A stretch of 44,220 nt of DNA. Source: Akkermansiaceae bacterium (GTDB lineage Bacteria > Verrucomicrobiota > Verrucomicrobiia > Verrucomicrobiales > Akkermansiaceae). Location: NCBI GenBank assembly GCA_049631945.1, contig JBNABE010000001.1, forward strand, positions 1-44,220, in the 5' to 3' direction. Below the pieces are notes generated by a model. That model was not told the origin of the DNA. It did not search any database and was given only the letters and a program-made list of their open reading frames with translations. The translations under genes and the position numbers were made by a program. Positions 18,379-29,926 of the stretch are shown piece after piece (the first letter of the stretch is position 1; each line of letters starts with the position of its first letter).

Positions 18379-18430
18379 GAGAAAAAGCCCCAGCGTGCTC
18401 GACCTAAATCGAACGCGCGAGGACTTTCTC
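18379..18430 (-). terminator. Intrinsic terminator facing the minus strand
   Basis: Minus strand AAAGTCCTCGCGCGTTCGA...TCGAGCACGCTGGGGCTTTTTCTC; G-U wobble pairs and U-tract fit the minus orientation. Confidence 0.6.
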
Positions 18431-18523
18431 AATCACAGATGGGGGGTTTACTTTGCTGTCATTTAGACTCTCGCTATTGTGTGAGTTGTCCTCACACAAA
18501 CAACAAGTTTGGTGTCATCTAGT

Positions 18524-18563
18524 GGTTTTTTGGGGTTTTTGGGGTTTTTGGGAGTTTCCTGGG
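18524..18563. repeat. Tandem GGGGTTTTT 9-mer repeat / G-tract array
   Basis: GGTTTTTT GGGGTTTTT GGGGTTTTT GGGAGTTTCCT GGG. Confidence 0.8.
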
Positions 18564-18752
18564 ATTTTAGAGAAAAGCTTGCAACTGTGTCCTCTTGGTA
18601 TCCTTAGTGTTTTGGGGGCATCTAGGGATACTCACAACCTTTGGGGGTTTTGGTTGTCAAGAAGACAGCTTAGACCGGTGAGGAGAGGTTCCTTAATGCT
18701 ATGTTGGCTTTGCAAAGGATGGGATCAAAGATTCTATCCCTCGCACATCGAT

Positions 18753-18781
18753 AATATGGCTTAATTTATATTTAATTGCAA
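18753..18781 (-). promoter_or_regulatory. Putative sigma70 promoter driving the candidate ncRNA
   Basis: Minus strand TTGCAA-17 nt-CATATT, with a very AT-rich upstream tract (18782-18860). Confidence 0.5.
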
Positions 18782-18950
18782 CACATTATTATATTTTTTA
18801 TCAATAAAAGCTAAATACTATTGATAATGAGGCCGTTATAGCCGTTTATTTATGAAATAAAAAAGCACTTTAAGGCTGTTTTATAGAATATTACGGCAAC
18901 ATACATCATTTCGCCCTAAAATACGCCACCGATCAGCAACAGCCACTGAT

Positions 18951-21362
18951 TTAGCGATAGGAGACAGGCAGGACCTTGGCCAGCTGATCCAAGAGCTTCT
19001 GATGAGCTTGATCTACCTCTTTAGCCTTCAATGTGCGCTCTGATGAACGATAGTGGAAGCTGTAGGCTATTGATTTCTTGTCGGCAGGAAGCTTCACACC
19101 CGATGGGTCCTGAAACACATCAAAACACGCAGAGGATACCAAAAGTTGCTCGTTGTGCTTCTTAATAACTTTTTCGATTTCAGCATTAGCCAATTCGACC
19201 GGTGCCTCCATCGCAGCATCACGACTGGAGCCAGGAAACTGAGGAAGCTCATCAACCTGCTTAATCCCACTACTTAGCTGCTGGCACTTTTTGAGATCAA
19301 GCTCGACAAGGTAAATAGGTGTATCGCTCCCTAGGTCTCTACACTTGGAAGGACTGAGCTGGGCAAATACGCCCACAGGTTTACCCTCGCATTGAACATC
19401 AGCTGCAATGATAAAACCGTCACGCTCACGCTGCGCAAACTGGATACCTTTATTAGGTAACAATGCCTCGATCGTAGCTTTAACATCAAAGGCATCAATG
19501 CGGCCCTGACACCCGGCTTTTACAGACCAAGTCGCAGGGCGACGCTCACCACCCAATAAAATAGCAAGGGAATCAGACTCCAAGTCACTTGCCTTGCCCC
19601 CACCGACATTACGAAACTGGCGTCCAATCTCAAAAAAGCGTAATGACTTAGCTCCCTGACGAATATTACGTGCTGCGGTCGCTACAAGCCCAGGTGTGAG
19701 CGATGGGCGCATCACTGCATGATCTTCACTCAAAGGAAGAGCGACTCGAATCAGATCCCCTTGTTGTAGAGGACGCAATGGCAAAGCTGTATCCATCTGA
19801 GCCACCGTGAGGTCGGTCGAGCTCTCAGCAATCAACTTAATCGTCTGCGTTTCGTAAAAGCCTATAGCAGACAATTCTTTCCGAAGTGACATCTGATAAT
19901 CATAAGACGCATCAACATCACTCTCTTGTGCAAAACTACCTGCAAAGCGAGATGGCACATTGCTGAGACCATGCACACGGGCAATCTCCTCCACCAAATC
20001 AATATGGCGATGGAGATCTAAACGGAAGCTGGGCACATCCCACATGCCACCCTCGCGCTTTTCAAGACCAAGGCGTGTGAGAATATCTTCGGCAGCGTCT
20101 AAGGCGATCGACCCTCCCATCAGCTGATCCAACTTGGATGGATTGAGCTCAACTTCCCCTGTCAGTTGTGGAGCTTCCCCTGCAGAAGCAGTAGCACCTT
20201 GGATCTCACCGCCAGCTAACTCAACAATCAGGCGAGCAGCAAAGGCAGATGCCTTGAGCACCGCTTGCGCATCACTTCCCCGCTCAAAACGGTAGGAAGA
20301 ATCAGAGCTAAGAATTAGGCGACGAGAGCTACGCCGAATTTTTGATGGGATGAAATACGCTGACTCAAGAATGACATCCGTGGTGGCATTACCTACACCA
20401 CTGTCTAGCCCACCCATAATACCACCGAGAGCCAGAGTCTTACCCGATGCATCAGAGATCACAATATCCTCGCTGTTCAAGGTATAGTCGGCTTCATCAA
20501 GAGCCTTGAAAATTTCGCCATCGGCAGCCATGCGGATATCAAGCGCACCATCTACCTTGGCGGCATCAAACGCGTGCAAGGGATGACCAAGCTCATGCAA
20601 CACATAATTCGTGATATCGACCACATTGTTAATCGGTCGAAGGCCGATCGCCTCAAGCTTTGTTTGTAGCCAAGCGGGTGAATTTGTGACCTGCACGCCC
20701 GAGATCTTGACCGCGGTATAGAGAGGACAGGCATCAGGAGCAGAGAGCTTGATGAGAGAATCATTAACCTCAGTCTGCGGCTCAGTAAGATCAAGTGCCT
20801 TACGCTCAATCCCAGCCAAAGCTGCTAGCTCACGCGCCATTCCTGTGTGTGACAGTAGATCCGGCCTGTTCGGGGTTACTTCGACTTCAATGATGGTGTC
20901 AGTCTCAAAGAGCTCTTGCAGTGGCTTTCCGATTTCAAGATCCTGCGAGAGAATCATCAAGCCATCATCTGCTGAGGCCAGCCCTATTTCATCAGGTCCA
21001 CAGAGCATGCCCTTGGATTCGACACCACGAAGCTTTCCGTCCTTGATCACAAAGCCACCACCGAGGTCAGCGCCCGGAAGAGCACAGGGAACCTTATCGC
21101 CTACTGAGTAGTTCTGTGCGCCACAAACAATCTGACGCAGCTCTGCCTCCCCAGCATCTACCATGCACACTTTCAGCTTATCGGCATCGGGGTGTTTCTC
21201 AGCAGACTTAATCTGGGCAACAACGACTTTATCCGACGGCACCCCCTTTTGCGAAATACCTTCTACCTCAACTCCAGCAAAGGTAAGCAGGTCATCCATG
21301 TCCTGAATAGACATATGATCGAGGTCGAGATGCTCTTTGAGCCAGTTAAGGGAAACGTTCAT
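18951..21362 (-). CDS. pheT: Phenylalanine--tRNA ligase beta subunit
   Basis: MNVSLNWLKE start, HPDADKL, QIVCGAQN, TPNRPDLLS, SSYRFERG, DLVEEIARV, C-terminal anticodon-binding domain; start reassigned to ATG 21362. Confidence 0.96.
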   Translation of the reverse strand: MNVSLNWLKEHLDLDHMSIQDMDDLLTFAGVEVEGISQKGVPSDKVVVAQIKSAEKHPDADKLKVCMVDAGEAELRQIVCGAQNYSVGDKVPCALPGADLGGGFVIKDGKLRGVESKGMLCGPDEIGLASADDGLMILSQDLEIGKPLQELFETDTIIEVEVTPNRPDLLSHTGMARELAALAGIERKALDLTEPQTEVNDSLIKLSAPDACPLYTAVKISGVQVTNSPAWLQTKLEAIGLRPINNVVDITNYVLHELGHPLHAFDAAKVDGALDIRMAADGEIFKALDEADYTLNSEDIVISDASGKTLALGGIMGGLDSGVGNATTDVILESAYFIPSKIRRSSRRLILSSDSSYRFERGSDAQAVLKASAFAARLIVELAGGEIQGATASAGEAPQLTGEVELNPSKLDQLMGGSIALDAAEDILTRLGLEKREGGMWDVPSFRLDLHRHIDLVEEIARVHGLSNVPSRFAGSFAQESDVDASYDYQMSLRKELSAIGFYETQTIKLIAESSTDLTVAQMDTALPLRPLQQGDLIRVALPLSEDHAVMRPSLTPGLVATAARNIRQGAKSLRFFEIGRQFRNVGGGKASDLESDSLAILLGGERRPATWSVKAGCQGRIDAFDVKATIEALLPNKGIQFAQRERDGFIIAADVQCEGKPVGVFAQLSPSKCRDLGSDTPIYLVELDLKKCQQLSSGIKQVDELPQFPGSSRDAAMEAPVELANAEIEKVIKKHNEQLLVSSACFDVFQDPSGVKLPADKKSIAYSFHYRSSERTLKAKEVDQAHQKLLDQLAKVLPVSYR

Positions 21363-21456
21363 GGATTGATAGGCGAGTAGACAGTATTCAAAGGGCAACT
21401 ATGCGGAGGGGTTTTGATCATAGAATGGCGGTTTTTTACAGTCTTTTTTGTCGATG

Positions 21457-21491
21457 AAAAAACCCCAAGGGCTCATGAGCTCCTTGGGGTT
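21457..21491 (-). terminator. Intrinsic terminator of the atp operon
   Basis: AAAAAA-CCCCAAGG-GCTCATGAGCT-CCTTGGGG-TT hairpin downstream of atpC. Confidence 0.8.
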
Positions 21492-21513
21492 GATAAATTG
21501 ATTTGTTGCTTTC

Positions 21514-21930
21514 TTAGATGTTTCGACGCTTGCGCTTGAGCTTGAGCTTCGCCATGGATTGGGCGATCATAGCTTGCAAGTGAGCAATTTCCTCGGCGTT
21601 CTCATCGTGCTTCAAACCGTGTAAAGCATCTTCAGCACTCTTAATAGCAGCTTCTACAGCTGCCTCATCGATCTCGTCCTCTCCTAGGGCAGTGTCGGTC
21701 AGAACACTGACCTTTTCTTGGGTAACCTCCGCAAAACCACCGCCTACAGCAAGCTCGTAAACCTCACCATCCTTACGGTAGCGTAGCTCCCCTGCTTGGA
21801 GAGAAGTTACCAGCGCTGCGTGCATCTCAAGCACACCCATCTCACCATCTTCACCGGGGAGATATACATCTTCCACAGTATCGGAGAAAACTTTCTTCTC
21901 AGGAGTGACGATTTCGAGGTGAAGCGACAT
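21514..21930 (-). CDS. atpC: ATP synthase F1 epsilon subunit
   Basis: LEIVTPE, GEMGVLEMHA, GGFAEV; last gene of the operon. Confidence 0.95.
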   Translation of the reverse strand: MSLHLEIVTPEKKVFSDTVEDVYLPGEDGEMGVLEMHAALVTSLQAGELRYRKDGEVYELAVGGGFAEVTQEKVSVLTDTALGEDEIDEAAVEAAIKSAEDALHGLKHDENAEEIAHLQAMIAQSMAKLKLKRKRRNI

Positions 21931-21965
21931 GATAAATTAAAGGTTAGCGATGATAGGGTACCTCT

Positions 21966-23390
<1,425 letters not shown>

Positions 23391-23444
23391 TCAGTTAGAA
23401 GTGTTTGTAAATATTTGAGTAAGTCTGTGATGATCGACCTGCGA

Positions 23445-24341
23445 TTATTCCATTGCTTTCTGGGCAGTAGTAATTTCAAGAAGCTCTGAGGTAATGGCTG
23501 CTTGACGAGCCTTATTGTATTCGAGCGTGAGGTCCTTGACCATTTGCTCGGCGTTATCGGTAGCTGACTTCATCGCTACCATACGCGCAGAATGCTCAGA
23601 GGCGAGGGACTCAACCAACATCTGATAGATCTGGAAGTTCACATAAAGAGGCAACAATGTGTCGAGGACAGCCTCTGGGCTTGGCTCAAAAATATAATCG
23701 TTGGCAAGCGCTGCCTCCTTGTCTGTTTCTTGAATGGCATCTTTGCCCACGCCTTCATAGGCACGTTTCTCAGCTAGGGTGTCAGCCTCAATGGTAAGCA
23801 GCTGAGATACCCAAGGGTCTTGGCGCAGCGTGCTAACGAAGTTTGTGAAAGCAACATGAACGCTACTGTATTCACCACTGAGGAACTTCTCGGTAAGGAA
23901 TTTACCAATCGGGCGAGCCTCTGAAAATGGCAGCGGATCTGTGATTTCAAAATCGGCGATCAATGTTTCACCGCTCTTAGCAAGTGCTGTGCGCAATTTG
24001 CGACCGACGGTCACAAAATCAGTGTTTTCATCAGACTCCTCACGAACTTTCTTTAGAAGGTTGGTGTTGAGTCCACCACAGAGGCCCTTGTCCGTACTGA
24101 TGACGAGCATCAGCTTTTTACCACCCTCACGCCTTTGCAGCAGAGGATGCGCGTCATCATCGACATTCTCTTTGAGATTGGCCAACACCTTATTGAGCTC
24201 ATCAGCGTAATCGCGGCCAGCAAGTGCTTGGTCCTGCGCCTTTTTCATCTTAGCAGCTGCAACAAGTTGCATTGCTTTAGTGATTTGTGAGGTGCTTTTG
24301 ACCGACTTGATACGTCGGCGAATGTCGCGAAGGTTAGCCAT
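23445..24341 (-). CDS. atpG: ATP synthase F1 gamma subunit
   Basis: QITKAMQLVAAAK, DKGLCGG, SEHSARMVAMKSATDNA, RQAAITSEL. Confidence 0.97.
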   Translation of the reverse strand: MANLRDIRRRIKSVKSTSQITKAMQLVAAAKMKKAQDQALAGRDYADELNKVLANLKENVDDDAHPLLQRREGGKKLMLVISTDKGLCGGLNTNLLKKVREESDENTDFVTVGRKLRTALAKSGETLIADFEITDPLPFSEARPIGKFLTEKFLSGEYSSVHVAFTNFVSTLRQDPWVSQLLTIEADTLAEKRAYEGVGKDAIQETDKEAALANDYIFEPSPEAVLDTLLPLYVNFQIYQMLVESLASEHSARMVAMKSATDNAEQMVKDLTLEYNKARQAAITSELLEITTAQKAME

Positions 24342-24397
24342 AGCTCAGTGGGCGAATGTCAGATATCAAATGATAGTGATCGGATTAAATCGGGAAA

Positions 24398-25930
24398 TTA
24401 CTTCCAGGAGGCTTTGAAGTCTGTGAGCGCTTGGGTGAGGCCAGCAGTCACATCGTCAGTGAGAGCTTTCTCTTTGGCGATCAGCTGAAGTAGATCTGCC
24501 TTGCGGCTATCGAGATATTCTTCAAGAGCGTCTTGGCATTCCTTGACGCGGTCGACTTCGACATCATCAAAGTAACCATTTTGCATCGACCAGAGCACAG
24601 CAACCTCGATCTCTAGAGACTTGGGACTGTATTGGTTTTGCTTGAATAGCTCAACAATACGCTGACCACGGTCAATCTTGCCTTGAGTCGCCTCATCAAG
24701 ATCGGATCCAAAAGCGGCAAACGCCTGCAATTCACGGAACTGAGCGAGGTCGAGCTTAGTGGTTCCAGAAACTTTCTTGATCGCTTTGGTCTGAGCGGCA
24801 GATCCAACACGAGAAACTGAGAGACCCACCGAAATCGCCGGGCGAATACCTTGGTAGAAGAGGTCCGTCTCGAGGAAGATCTGACCATCAGTAATAGAAA
24901 TCACGTTGGTAGGAATGTAAGCTGATACATCACCAGCTTGAGTCTCAATGATGGGCAGAGCTGTCATTGATCCACCACCTGCATCTTCAGAAAGACGTGC
25001 AGAACGCTCAAGAAGTCTTGAGTGTAGATAGAAAACATCACCAGGGAATGCTTCACGTCCGGAAGGACGGCCAAGAATCAGAGAAACTTGACGGTATGCA
25101 ACGGCGTGCTTGGAAAGATCATCAAAGACGATGAGAACATCTTTACCTTGATCCATGAGATACTCACCAATGGCGCAACCAGTGTAGGGTGCAAGATATT
25201 GGTTAGCAGCAGAGTCGGATGCAGAGGCCGCGACAATGCAGGTGTTCTCCATAGCGCCAGCAGCTTCGAGTGTTTGAACAGTACGAGCGATATTGGAGCG
25301 CTTTTGCCCAACAGCAACATAAATACAGTAGAGTGGCTTGTGACCTTCAAGACGACCCTCAGCAGCAGCTTTGTTCTGCTGAGCCTGAGCGATGATGGTG
25401 TCAACCGCGATGGTTGTCTTACCAGTGGAGCGGTCACCAATGATGAGCTCACGCTGGCCACGACCAATTGGAATCATGGCATCAACCGACATAATACCTG
25501 TCTGCACAGGAACCGAAACAGACTTACGTTTAATGATGCCAGGTGCAATTTTCTCAACAGGATACTGGTCTGCCGCTTCGATGTCACCCTTGCCGTCGAG
25601 AGGACGCCCAAGGTTGTCGACAACACGACCGAGCATGTTCTCACCAACTGGAACGGATAATAGCTTGCCAGTTGTTTTGCACTCGTCGCCTTCTTTAATG
25701 TGAAGGGAGTCTCCGAGCAGAACAACTCCGACCTCTGCCTCTTCGAGGTTAAGAGCTAGTCCGACGAGACCGCCGGGGAATTCGATCATCTCGTTGAGTG
25801 CCACGTCACTTAGGCCTTCGACCTTGGCAACACCGTCACCAATTGTGCGGACTGTGCCGACGTTGCTTTTTTGCACCGACGATGAAACGTTGGCGATTTC
25901 TTTTTCAAGTTCCTGGAGGATACTGCTCAT
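24398..25930 (-). CDS. atpA: ATP synthase F1 alpha subunit
   Basis: [46 protein letters not shown]. Confidence 0.98.
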   Translation of the reverse strand: MSSILQELEKEIANVSSSVQKSNVGTVRTIGDGVAKVEGLSDVALNEMIEFPGGLVGLALNLEEAEVGVVLLGDSLHIKEGDECKTTGKLLSVPVGENMLGRVVDNLGRPLDGKGDIEAADQYPVEKIAPGIIKRKSVSVPVQTGIMSVDAMIPIGRGQRELIIGDRSTGKTTIAVDTIIAQAQQNKAAAEGRLEGHKPLYCIYVAVGQKRSNIARTVQTLEAAGAMENTCIVAASASDSAANQYLAPYTGCAIGEYLMDQGKDVLIVFDDLSKHAVAYRQVSLILGRPSGREAFPGDVFYLHSRLLERSARLSEDAGGGSMTALPIIETQAGDVSAYIPTNVISITDGQIFLETDLFYQGIRPAISVGLSVSRVGSAAQTKAIKKVSGTTKLDLAQFRELQAFAAFGSDLDEATQGKIDRGQRIVELFKQNQYSPKSLEIEVAVLWSMQNGYFDDVEVDRVKECQDALEEYLDSRKADLLQLIAKEKALTDDVTAGLTQALTDFKASWK

Positions 25931-25974
25931 AGCTGTGTTAGTTTGAAGTTAAAAATATTTGGTATGAAGATTGA

Positions 25975-26367
25975 TTAAAATGCGTCGGCAAGACGCTCAA
26001 GGCGGGATTGGACACTACCATCCCACACGTCGTTACCGACGCGAATTTTGACGCCGCCTAGTAGCTTAGCGTCTGTGTTGTATGTGAAAGACAGGCCTCC
26101 ACCATATTGCTCATTCAGATTACCCTCAATGCGCTTGCGGCTATCAGCATCAAGTTCAGTGGCACTTTCGACAAGCGCCTGGCGGCTTTTGTCATCCAGC
26201 CTGACAAGATTCATGAGTGAGTGCAGGATAGCCTGGTAGTCACGAGGTTTGCTTTCAGCGATTTTTTGGAATGCCGCGCGGATCTTAGCCTCGTCGACTC
26301 GACCCTCTGGTGCGCAGAGACGATAGATCCGACGGGCGGCACTGGCTGCATCCTTGGAGACTTTCAC
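25975..26367 (-). CDS. atpH: ATP synthase delta subunit (short form)
   Basis: LLGGVKIRVGNDVWDGSV C-terminal motif; lies between atpF and atpA; GTG start. Confidence 0.9.
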   Translation of the reverse strand: MKVSKDAASAARRIYRLCAPEGRVDEAKIRAAFQKIAESKPRDYQAILHSLMNLVRLDDKSRQALVESATELDADSRKRIEGNLNEQYGGGLSFTYNTDAKLLGGVKIRVGNDVWDGSVQSRLERLADAF

Positions 26368-26411
26368 GTTATCAGTTGTCGGTTAAATGGGTGTGCTGCA
26401 AGGGGTATCAA

Positions 26412-26951
26412 CTAGCTCTCAACACTAGCGAGCGCTTCTTCGTTGATGCGCTTCTGGTCGTCTTCGTTAAGAACTTTGCCAGTGACGTTGGCTGTTGTCG
26501 CTGTGACTAGACGGCCAAACTCCTTCTTGAGCTCAGCTGTCATCGTCTTGCGCTCAGCTGTAGCTGCTTCCTCGGCCTTGGCCAAAATTTGCTGGGCTGA
26601 GGCAACGGCTTCTTGAGCCTTTTTCTCGGAGAGTGATGCAGCGCTCTCTTTCGCCTCGCTAATCAGGCGAGCTGCGTCGGCATTGGCCTTGTCGATAGCC
26701 TCTTGAGTGCGCTGCTCAGAGTCTGCGAGCTGTTGCTCGATGCGCTTCAGCTTGTCCTCGCCCTCAGCGATGCGCTTGCGGCGTTGCTCGAGCATTTCTT
26801 GAATAGGGCCGAAGGCGAACTTTTTCAATACAAAGAGCACGATGACGAAGTTCACAAGCTGTGCGATGAAAAACGGCCAGTTTATGCCAAAGGTCTCAAG
26901 GAAGCCGCCTGAGGCTGCTTCGGTTCCGGCTGCTGCGAGAATGGAGATCAT
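26412..26951 (-). CDS. atpF: ATP synthase F0 b subunit
   Basis: FIAQLVNFVIVLFVLKKFAFGPI single TM followed by a coiled coil. Confidence 0.94.
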   Translation of the reverse strand: MISILAAAGTEAASGGFLETFGINWPFFIAQLVNFVIVLFVLKKFAFGPIQEMLEQRRKRIAEGEDKLKRIEQQLADSEQRTQEAIDKANADAARLISEAKESAASLSEKKAQEAVASAQQILAKAEEAATAERKTMTAELKKEFGRLVTATTANVTGKVLNEDDQKRINEEALASVES

Positions 26952-26978
26952 TGTAAGAAAAAGTTAATTGAAAGTAGA

Positions 26979-27016
26979 TATCAGGTGCCGCCGACAGCGC
27001 CAAACGGCACCTGATA
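26979..27016 (-). other. Stem-loop between atpE and atpF
   Basis: TATCAGGTGCCG ... CGGCACCTGATA perfect 12 bp inverted repeat. Confidence 0.7.
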
Positions 27017-27045
27017 AGAATTTGGATTAGATCCGCTGATACTGC

Positions 27046-27275
<230 letters not shown>

Positions 27276-27319
27276 AAAAAGCCCCCACGGTTTGCCTATG
27301 GTCAGACTTTCAAAAGTGT

Positions 27320-28183
27320 TTAGTGTTCCTCGCTATGGCTGCACATGAGTTTCAGGAATACTGCACAGAGCAGTGTGAATACCAGTGCTTGCACCAGACC
27401 GACGAGAAGCTCCATAAAGTAGAACGGCAGAGCCGGCAGAAAAGCTAGTTTCTCCGGCACCAGAGCCATCAAACCTTCAAGGGTTTGCTCACCACCATAA
27501 ATGTTACCAAAAAGACGGAAGCTGAGGGCTACTGGACGTATGAAAATGGATACAACCTCGAGAATACCGACAAGGAAAAACATCACGATCATGCCCACCT
27601 TCATGAAGCCAGTGAATGTGCCTTGCGGGGCAAAAATGTGCGCAAAGAAGTTTTTCACCCCGATCTCGGTGAATGACCAGAAGAGCCACAGTAAAAAGAA
27701 GCTAATTGACATCGCTGCGGTCATATTCAAGTCAGCATTGCCACCACGCAGAAGGCCCTTGAAGTGGCCAGCTGAGTCGGTGACGCCCATTGTGCCCACT
27801 CCGGGAATAAGTCCAAGGTAGTTGACAACGAGAATCAGCATGAATGTAGCGCCGAAAAACCAAAAAGTCCTCTTAACTAGGTGCTCACCAAGGATGTTAC
27901 CAAAGAAATCGTAGAGGCTCTCAACCAACCACTCAGCAAAGTTTTGCACTCCGCTTGGGATGAGCGCCATTTTTTTGGTGGCCGCGCGGCAAAAAACAAC
28001 AATCAGAACAGCTGCAAGCCATACCATGATCATGGAGTTTGAAATCCAAGAGAATCCAGAACCCTTTGGAAATGGAGATTCAGGGTACAGTGGCAATTGA
28101 TGGCCACCGGCCGCAAAGGCCGACCCCGACAGTAAGAGAAGGAGGACTGGAATAAAAATGCGCACTGGGAATAGCTGAGCCAT
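27320..28183 (-). CDS. atpB: ATP synthase F0 a subunit
   Basis: PSGVQNFAE, NYLGLIPG, RPVALSFRLFGNI, ELLVGLVQALVF. Confidence 0.96.
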   Translation of the reverse strand: MAQLFPVRIFIPVLLLLLSGSAFAAGGHQLPLYPESPFPKGSGFSWISNSMIMVWLAAVLIVVFCRAATKKMALIPSGVQNFAEWLVESLYDFFGNILGEHLVKRTFWFFGATFMLILVVNYLGLIPGVGTMGVTDSAGHFKGLLRGGNADLNMTAAMSISFFLLWLFWSFTEIGVKNFFAHIFAPQGTFTGFMKVGMIVMFFLVGILEVVSIFIRPVALSFRLFGNIYGGEQTLEGLMALVPEKLAFLPALPFYFMELLVGLVQALVFTLLCAVFLKLMCSHSEEH

Positions 28184-28335
28184 GGAAATGGAAAAAGGGT
28201 GTCTTTATTTAACCGGGCGGGGGGGACATATCTTGCTCGCCATTGCTCTGCAAGACTATTTGTGAAATTTTTCACAATCTCATGGGAAAAGCGCACAAGT
28301 GACTGCATCGCAAGCATATACAATGCTGCTATTTA

Positions 28336-29700
28336 TCAGAAAATTCTGAGCACGTCAGCATCAACACCAAAGTCGGCCACCTTTATAAAACGGCGCGACT
28401 CTAGCGCCTGCTCAATCAAGTCTTCAGCCGAGATACAGGGCCTCCCTGCATGTCGCTTCAATTCGAAACGAACCCCATCAGCGTTTCCCCCTATGCCGTG
28501 ATAACTACGGTAAATGACTTCTGTGCATGCCAAGCGGTCTGCCACACGAAAATCGAACATAAAGTCATAGAGCTTTCCTTCGTGTGTCAACCCACGCGAC
28601 AAAGCCTCAATGAGCAATTCCCTGCTCAGCCGTGGGCGCAGCACCATGAAAGCATCTACATGCAGCGTCTCTTCGATCGGCCTGAATAACACCCCATCTT
28701 TTTTGGCTTCCAGAAAATGGATTTCTCCCATTGTCTTCTCGACAGACTGAGGGAGTCGTAAACCCATTTGATCACGCTCCTGAGCATTACCTATGTATAA
28801 TGCTGCATGGGGCCAATAGCCGGGGAGAAATAAATTACTCATCGCATCATCATGGCGTGTGATCACTACGTCGCCTGCACGTAACACAAGTTTCAGCTCA
28901 CCTAAGACATCAGCATGAACTCGCTTACCTTCGCCGGTTGCCTTTACAAAAGGCTGCTTCATTTCCGAGACCACTCGCCCACTCAGCTTTAATAATTGGA
29001 ACATCACCTTCTTGTATGCGGATACGTGGCGACGTTTCAGAGAAAAAAGCCGGTACAGTAATTTACGGCCAATGTGCCCGCGCTTGCTACATTGCACGTA
29101 TTTCACCTCTTCATCTAAAAGATTTATTAAATCCTTCATTTCAGAATTTTTAGCCAATGCCAGTATATCCTCAGTATGCAGCTTATAAAATCTGAGAGCG
29201 GACATGAAGCGCCACATACTTCGGTGAGAGCTTAGACTTTTATATATGTGTGCAAAACTTTTCGCTGGTATACCGTAGCGAGGTTCGGGCTCATCGAGCT
29301 TTTTCCTGACCACCGATCGCCTGCCTGCTAGGTCGACAATAAAAGAAGCCGCCCGCATCAGCATTGCTGCCGCCAAAAAGCCAACAACAAAGGCGCGCAG
29401 CCTAATATCCCAATGTTGCTCGGCCTGCTGATCGTCCTCAGTTCGACTCAAGCCATCTAGGACCTCTTGGATTTCGCCAACAACATCGATGAGTGTCTGA
29501 CGTAAGGTGAGGTATCGCACATAGATGTCACGCAGTCGCTCATCCTCGTCAGGCAAGAAATAACCTCTTTTTTGAGCTGCCTGAGCATCTACCAACTCTT
29601 GTTGTATCTGGCTCGGCTGAGGCATCGCCTTGGCCACCGAACTCACAGATGCGGCCGCACGCTCAATAGCAATACTCATACGACCAGGATCAGTGTTCAT
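28336..29700 (-). CDS. YiiX/YebB-like permuted papain-like (NlpC/P60 superfamily) protein with long N-terminal helical region
   Basis: GDVVIT..., PGYWPHAALYIG (His), FLEA, YDFMFDF...LACTEVI (Cys after His); start uncertain (29754/29700/29679). Confidence 0.75.
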   Translation of the reverse strand: MNTDPGRMSIAIERAAASVSSVAKAMPQPSQIQQELVDAQAAQKRGYFLPDEDERLRDIYVRYLTLRQTLIDVVGEIQEVLDGLSRTEDDQQAEQHWDIRLRAFVVGFLAAAMLMRAASFIVDLAGRRSVVRKKLDEPEPRYGIPAKSFAHIYKSLSSHRSMWRFMSALRFYKLHTEDILALAKNSEMKDLINLLDEEVKYVQCSKRGHIGRKLLYRLFSLKRRHVSAYKKVMFQLLKLSGRVVSEMKQPFVKATGEGKRVHADVLGELKLVLRAGDVVITRHDDAMSNLFLPGYWPHAALYIGNAQERDQMGLRLPQSVEKTMGEIHFLEAKKDGVLFRPIEETLHVDAFMVLRPRLSRELLIEALSRGLTHEGKLYDFMFDFRVADRLACTEVIYRSYHGIGGNADGVRFELKRHAGRPCISAEDLIEQALESRRFIKVADFGVDADVLRIF

Positions 29701-29926
29701 CACGGGTATTTTGTCATGATAGAGCTTACACGTCAACGAATCATCGATCACCATGACCGGTCTAACAAAATCTAACAGCCTGACAACCCCATAAAATAGG
29801 CTTTTTTATTTCAGCCCCGCACATGGCGATCAACCCCAACCACCGCTCAAGTCAAGCAATCCCTAGGGAAAATTCGCAATTATTTAACTTTACAGAATCA
29901 AATGAGAAGTTCATAAGAAGGGCGTT

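Larger units (their letters stand above)
18379..18747 (-). ncRNA. Candidate structured non-coding RNA with repeated CCCCAAAA motifs
   Basis: Bounded by a promoter and a terminator, no long minus-strand ORF, several hairpins with C/A-rich loops. Confidence 0.45.

Noticed and set aside
18430-18750. CRISPR array, or tmRNA / RNase P / 6S / SRP identity for the repeat-rich region
   Set aside because: No constant repeat-spacer period, no cas genes, no tRNA-like ends and no RNase P or SRP conserved motifs seen. An Rfam scan is still needed.
18453-18764. 103 aa plus-strand ORF with FWGFWGFW repeats (and ORF 18319..18522)
   Set aside because: TTG start, composition explained by the GGGGTTTTT repeat, and promoter and terminator signals point to the minus strand.
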